In this document: one piece after another, positions 36,285 to 40,692 of the stretch | Numbering within the stretch: position 1 is the first letter of the stretch | How the letters are laid out: each line of letters begins with the position of its first letter | DNA from: Anaerolineales bacterium | GTDB lineage: Bacteria > Chloroflexota > Anaerolineae > Anaerolineales > UBA11858 | Assembly (NCBI GenBank): GCA_021161345.1 | Contig: JAGHAU010000011.1 | Span: 1-40,692, forward strand | Reading direction: 5' to 3' | DNA: 40,692 bases | Program-made: the position numbers and the translations under genes | Notes under the pieces: generated by a model | The model's database searches: none | Seen by the model: the letters and a program-made list of their open reading frames with translations, nothing else | Told to the model about the DNA's origin: nothing

Positions 36285-37643
36285 CTAATATAACCGCACC
36301 TGCTGTTTTACAAGGATATCCTGGATCTGTTTGATTTCCAGATCACGGGGGGTGGTGTTGTGAAGAACAGCGGCAGCGGCTGCAGCGCCGGCACCCTGCC
36401 CGGTTACAGTACAGCACATCATGTTGCGCGTGGCTGCGTGGGCAATCTGTTCACCTGATACACACCGACCGGCAACCAGTAAATTATCAATCTCCAGAGG
36501 AAGGAGAATTCGGTAAGGAACTTGAAAATACCGCCCTGTAGTGGGCAGCACAAGCTTTCCATATCCATCTATAAATTCAGGGAAAATCCCGATTGAATCC
36601 TCAAAACGAGCTTGATTCTGCACATCCTCTCCAGTTAACACGTACTCTCCGACAATTTTACGTGAGTCCCTGGTACCCAAGGTCATCCCGAAATTACGCA
36701 AGCTGGCATTCTCAAATCCAGGGAGATATCTCCTCAGCGCTTTCAGGGCTAGATTTACCCGTTTGCGGCCCTCTATTTCAGCCCGGGTCAGATCCCAGAC
36801 ATCGGTGCAGTCATAACCGGTCATGTAGATCATGTTCATGGAGATAGCTTCTCCGCTATCAGTGATGCTGCCCCATGTACCCCCGATGCCAAGAATATTG
36901 TCCGGGATTAGCCCTTCCTCCCTGGCAAGTTTAAAGGGTTTGTCCAGGTAGGGGCTGAAGAGGGAATCCTCTTTCCCGCTGGTTTTTACATTCCAGCTTT
37001 CTGCCCAATCCCCATAGGTCGTGGGATTATCCCGGACGTACTCCTGGAATCTTTTTTTATCAATTCCCGAACATGAAAACATCACCGTAACACCAAGCAT
37101 TTCCTCCAGGGGCGTCTTCTTACAGGGTGCGCCAGCCCGGGATGCAATGTCTGCATCTCCTGTCGCGTCGATGACAACTCGTCCCAAAATGACTTTTCTT
37201 CCCATTTTACTTTCAGTGATCACTCCCCGGAGGACGTTCCCTTCCAGATAGGGAGCGGCTACCAGACAGTGCAGCAGCGGCTGGATTCCTGCCTTTTCCA
37301 CAAACTGGTCAGCGACAAGTTTAAAGGATTCCGGATCCAGCATTTCGCTCTGGGATTGAGATTCATTTCTGCTTCCCCCCATTTTCCGGGCGCGCTGTTC
37401 AAATTCTATCCCGATCCCCTCGATATCCGTTGTCCCTTCATACCGGTACCAGGCAATGCTTTCCACACCAACCTGGGAAATCACACCACCAAAACAGCCG
37501 TATCTTTCAACCAGTAAAACCGAAACACCAGCCCGGGCGGCAGAAACGGCGGCTGCTAACCCTCCTGGCCCGCCGCCGACCACAATAACATCGGCTTCAG
37601 CAATGACCTCAACAGATCTTGAATCTTCAAATATTTCTTTCAT
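36285..37643 (-). CDS. FAD-dependent oxidoreductase (FAD_oxidored/PF12831-like)
   Basis: DVIVVGGGPGGLAAA, IDATGDAD, RDSRKIVGEYVLT, VPYRILLP..DNLLVAGRCVS, RNMMCCTVTGQGAG. Confidence 0.9.
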   Translation of the reverse strand: MKEIFEDSRSVEVIAEADVIVVGGGPGGLAAAVSAARAGVSVLLVERYGCFGGVISQVGVESIAWYRYEGTTDIEGIGIEFEQRARKMGGSRNESQSQSEMLDPESFKLVADQFVEKAGIQPLLHCLVAAPYLEGNVLRGVITESKMGRKVILGRVVIDATGDADIASRAGAPCKKTPLEEMLGVTVMFSCSGIDKKRFQEYVRDNPTTYGDWAESWNVKTSGKEDSLFSPYLDKPFKLAREEGLIPDNILGIGGTWGSITDSGEAISMNMIYMTGYDCTDVWDLTRAEIEGRKRVNLALKALRRYLPGFENASLRNFGMTLGTRDSRKIVGEYVLTGEDVQNQARFEDSIGIFPEFIDGYGKLVLPTTGRYFQVPYRILLPLEIDNLLVAGRCVSGEQIAHAATRNMMCCTVTGQGAGAAAAAAVLHNTTPRDLEIKQIQDILVKQQVRLY

Positions 37644-37651
37644 ATAAATTG

Positions 37652-38929
37652 TTAAACCTCTACAGCTCCGTGTTCAACAGTCAAAGCTACAATATCTTTA
37701 GAATTTATCTCTCGAGAAGGGACTTTTCGCTCCACTGCCAGAGCAGCTGCCGCGCCCATGGCCTGGCCCATAGCCATACAAACACACTGGGCTCGAATGC
37801 CCGCCAGGGCTATCCGGTGGGCTGAAACGATCCTCCCGGCGGCAGTGATGCGCGAGCTACCCTTGGGGATTAACGCCCGGTAGGGAACTTTGGGAAGCAT
37901 GTCCTCAGATTCATGGAAATACAGATCACAACCCCGCGCCTGGCTGTGCATGTCAATATAGTTAAAGGCGTTGCAGATTTTATCCTCAAAATCGACTGCC
38001 TGTTTAAAATCTTCCTCGGTGATAATATATTCCCCCTCGATCCTGTAGGTCTCCCTGGCGACCCCTTGGGGAGACATAGTACTCAATTCAATTTGCTCAC
38101 AGCCGGGGATGGTTGATTTCAGGAATTGATACATCCGCAGCATGCGCTCCCGACCTTCCAGATTGGCGGCAGTCTGGCCATCTGCATTCGATGTATCAGA
38201 ATTATAGATATGGGTGCAATTCCGGCCGCCTTGATCAAGGAAATATTTAAAAGGAAGGATATTAGGATAAGAATAATCCCCTTTTTTTATGATACCTTTT
38301 TCCAGGGCTTCTTCATACATGATCTGGACTTCCTTCTCCCAGATCTGCTCATGTTTGATGCCTTCAATTATATATTGATAGGACCCAGGCTGGCGGGTCT
38401 CATCCCGCAGCGTCCCCAATCCCAGCAAACGGACCAAGTCGGAATCTCCGGTGCAGTCAATCACTTCACGCGCCCTGGTAATCCTCTCAATCCCCCGCCC
38501 ATAGGAGGTGATTTCCCAGTAATCCCCTACCGCCTTAATATCAGCAATAAATTCATGATAATGGATGATCAATCCCGCTTTTCGGGATTCCTCTTCTACA
38601 ACTGCCACGTAAATTGGAATATTGATATATGAATAATAGCCGGGTGTTTCTACCGGTCTTCTTTGTTTGTAATCCGGTATTGGCAAACCTTCAATCTCTT
38701 TGGATTTTACATACAGCTCCCAGGGAATACCCAGGACCACGGGTTCTTTGGTGCTGAAAAAATGGTTTGGCGTGTTAACTCCCCCCGCTGTCATCGTACC
38801 TGCCAGCATAGATCCTGCTTCAATAACAGATGTTTTTACACCTGCCCGGGCTGCCTGCAGGGCTGCGATATGTCCGGCAGTACCTCCTCCCGCAACCAGC
38901 ACATCCACCTCTTCCTTAAGAGATTTCAT
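37652..38929 (-). CDS. FAD-dependent oxidoreductase (FAD_oxidored/PF12831-like), second paralog
   Basis: DVLVAGGGTAG, IDCTGDSD, RETYRIEGEYIIT, VPYRALIP, RAQCVCMAMGQAMG; SD AGGAG before ATG 38929. Confidence 0.9.
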   Translation of the reverse strand: MKSLKEEVDVLVAGGGTAGHIAALQAARAGVKTSVIEAGSMLAGTMTAGGVNTPNHFFSTKEPVVLGIPWELYVKSKEIEGLPIPDYKQRRPVETPGYYSYINIPIYVAVVEEESRKAGLIIHYHEFIADIKAVGDYWEITSYGRGIERITRAREVIDCTGDSDLVRLLGLGTLRDETRQPGSYQYIIEGIKHEQIWEKEVQIMYEEALEKGIIKKGDYSYPNILPFKYFLDQGGRNCTHIYNSDTSNADGQTAANLEGRERMLRMYQFLKSTIPGCEQIELSTMSPQGVARETYRIEGEYIITEEDFKQAVDFEDKICNAFNYIDMHSQARGCDLYFHESEDMLPKVPYRALIPKGSSRITAAGRIVSAHRIALAGIRAQCVCMAMGQAMGAAAALAVERKVPSREINSKDIVALTVEHGAVEV

Positions 38930-39017
38930 CTTCAGATTTCTCCTGTTCTTAGAATACAACCAATATTACGATAATCTATAAATGCAAAAAACCCAACCCA
39001 AATTTATATAAAATGAA

Positions 39018-39059
39018 GGTGTGCCCGACTGATTAACATGCCAATTAATCGGACACACC
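39018..39059. terminator. Intercistronic stem-loop after the solute-binding protein gene
   Basis: GGTGTGCCCGA-CTGATTAA...TTAA-TCGGACACACC. Confidence 0.55.
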
Positions 39060-39090
39060 CTCTGCTTCCCTCTATAAGAAGTTGACGAAA

Positions 39091-40692
39091 TTACTCACCT
39101 AAAACGTATGTTTCGAACAGGAAATAATCCTCAGCCGGGCGCGGATAGTAATCCATCACCCGCGTCTGTTTGGCTTCGAATGCTATCGGTTCATACAGGT
39201 AGATAAAGGGAGGATTCTCCTGCATATAAACTTGCAGATCTTCGTAAAGGGCCTTGCGCTCATCACGATCCACTTCGGTGGAAATCTTGGCCAGGTAATC
39301 ATCGAGGACCGGATCAGACCATGATGAATAGGCTGCATCCCAACCGCCCAGGGCACCCGACAAGCGGCGTAAAGCTTCCCCGGAAAGAGTTGACCAGCTG
39401 TCTCCAAACAACGGGAGTTCCTTATTGGCTTCCAATTCCCAGAATTGTCCGGATTCCATAATCTCGAGAGAAATGTCAATTCCCACTTCACCGAGATAAC
39501 CCGCAATGGCCTCACAGACCTCTTCAAAGTTCATATAAGCACCAGCCGGGCAGGCCATATCCATGGCAAATCCATCTGCGTAACCTGCTTCAGACAGCAA
39601 CTCAAGCGCTTTCTCCGGATTGTATCCAAAAGGCTCAACAACACCATATCCCAATTCACCAGAAGAAACGTACCCAGCGGCTGGTTTTCCGTAGCCATCA
39701 AAGAGAGCATCGATAATGGTATCGACATCAACCGCATAATTCATGGCCTGGCGCACTTTCGCATCCATGGTGGGCTGGTCCAATCCAGTGGTGAGATTAT
39801 TGAACGCAATATAGTAAATACGGTTCACAGGGTACTGGATCAATTCCACGCCATCAACACCGACCAGGCTCTGGGCCTCTTCGGAGCTCAAGCGGCCAAC
39901 GATATCCACTTCGTCTGCCATGATAGCAGCAACGCGGGTGGATGATTCGGGGATGGGGCGGAAAATCAAGGTTTTTACCAAAGGATAACCTTCCCGCCAG
40001 TAATCTGGATTGGCTGTATAGGTAATATGATCGCCTTTGACCCATTCCACAAACATGAAGGGACCGGTTCCAACGGGGAACTCAGAAAAACCATCCACGC
40101 CAACTTCGGCCAGGTACTCATTGGGGGCTACAGCCCAGAAGTCGTGAATGGTAACCAGCAATTCAGGATTTGGTTCTTCGGTGGTAAGGGTGACTGTGTA
40201 ATCATTAATTTTTTCTACCTGAACGATTGTGAATTTATCGGTCCACTCACCAGTTACTGAGCCGGTTTCCCAGGTGGCTACAACATCATCAGCATTAAAA
40301 GCTTCCCCATTGTGGAAGGTAATGCCTTCCCTCAGGTAGAAGGTGTATACAGTTCCATCCTCAGAAATTTCCCAGCTCTCGGCCAAAGCGGGTTGGATGT
40401 CGCCGTAGCGATCCAGATAAACCAGGCTGTCGGTTAGCGGGGTGGCTGCATTGTCAGCGTTTCGCTCGGCAGTCAGAGGGATAAAGAGGGAGTTGGGCAT
40501 CGTGGAAAGAGCCACACGAAGAGTCCCAGTAGGACCTTCCGGCACAGCGGCCTCTTCTTCCTCTTCAACTGTGGCTTCCTCTTCGGTGGTCTCACCTGCA
40601 TCCACCTCTTCAACCACCTCCGGGCTTTCAACTTCAGCCGGTTCATCAGGCGCGCAGGCAACCAGCATTGTGGAAAGCACAGCCAATAATAC
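39091..40692 (-). CDS. Family-5 ABC substrate-binding lipoprotein (OppA/DppA-like); start lies outside the window
   Basis: Lipobox LVAC, acidic linker, PALAESWEISEDGTVYTFYLREGITFHNG, PVGTGPF, VRQAMNYAVD; the frame is open to the window edge. Confidence 0.93.
   Translation of the reverse strand, partial: VLLAVLSTMLVACAPDEPAEVESPEVVEEVDAGETTEEEATVEEEEEAAVPEGPTGTLRVALSTMPNSLFIPLTAERNADNAATPLTDSLVYLDRYGDIQPALAESWEISEDGTVYTFYLREGITFHNGEAFNADDVVATWETGSVTGEWTDKFTIVQVEKINDYTVTLTTEEPNPELLVTIHDFWAVAPNEYLAEVGVDGFSEFPVGTGPFMFVEWVKGDHITYTANPDYWREGYPLVKTLIFRPIPESSTRVAAIMADEVDIVGRLSSEEAQSLVGVDGVELIQYPVNRIYYIAFNNLTTGLDQPTMDAKVRQAMNYAVDVDTIIDALFDGYGKPAAGYVSSGELGYGVVEPFGYNPEKALELLSEAGYADGFAMDMACPAGAYMNFEEVCEAIAGYLGEVGIDISLEIMESGQFWELEANKELPLFGDSWSTLSGEALRRLSGALGGWDAAYSSWSDPVLDDYLAKISTEVDRDERKALYEDLQVYMQENPPFIYLYEPIAFEAKQTRVMDYYPRPAEDYFLFETYVLGE

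Noticed and set aside
135-40661. The many 60-230 aa ORFs overlapping the called genes on other frames or strands
   Set aside because: No recognisable motifs, and they are fully nested in or antisense to well-supported genes.
1-40692. Prophage, transposase, integrase, defence, toxin-antitoxin or secondary-metabolite genes
   Set aside because: No ORF shows motifs of these families.

Overview
Ordinary bacterial chromosome, probably Chloroflexota (Anaerolineae-like). This is an inference from the fused glyQS, the Pro/Thr-linker lipoproteins, the archaeal-type thiolase and the repeat style. The core content is tRNA-Val(GAC), rdgB, a DRG-like TGS GTPase, pepF, glyQS-dnaG-sigma70 and mutS2. Accessory genes include an ArsR/SmtB-CDF metal efflux unit, an Asp-box lipoprotein, hydrolases, a lactate permease, a thiolase, and a family-5 ABC transporter operon with two FAD oxidoreductase paralogs inserted in it. 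I found no integrase, transposase, phage, CRISPR or defence genes. The most unusual signals are non-coding: (i) a degenerate copy of the tRNA-Val 3' end plus its terminator enclosing a single-gene, integrase-less islet; (ii) GTCA-type REP-like palindromes, one inverted pair of which brackets a whole orphan gene; (iii) 7-bp-period repeat arrays; (iv) an unannotated 42-aa Lys/Arg-rich ORF with its own promoter, SD and terminator; (v) apparently leaderless genes. No clearly new system can be established from the sequence alone. All product calls come from motif recognition, not database searches.
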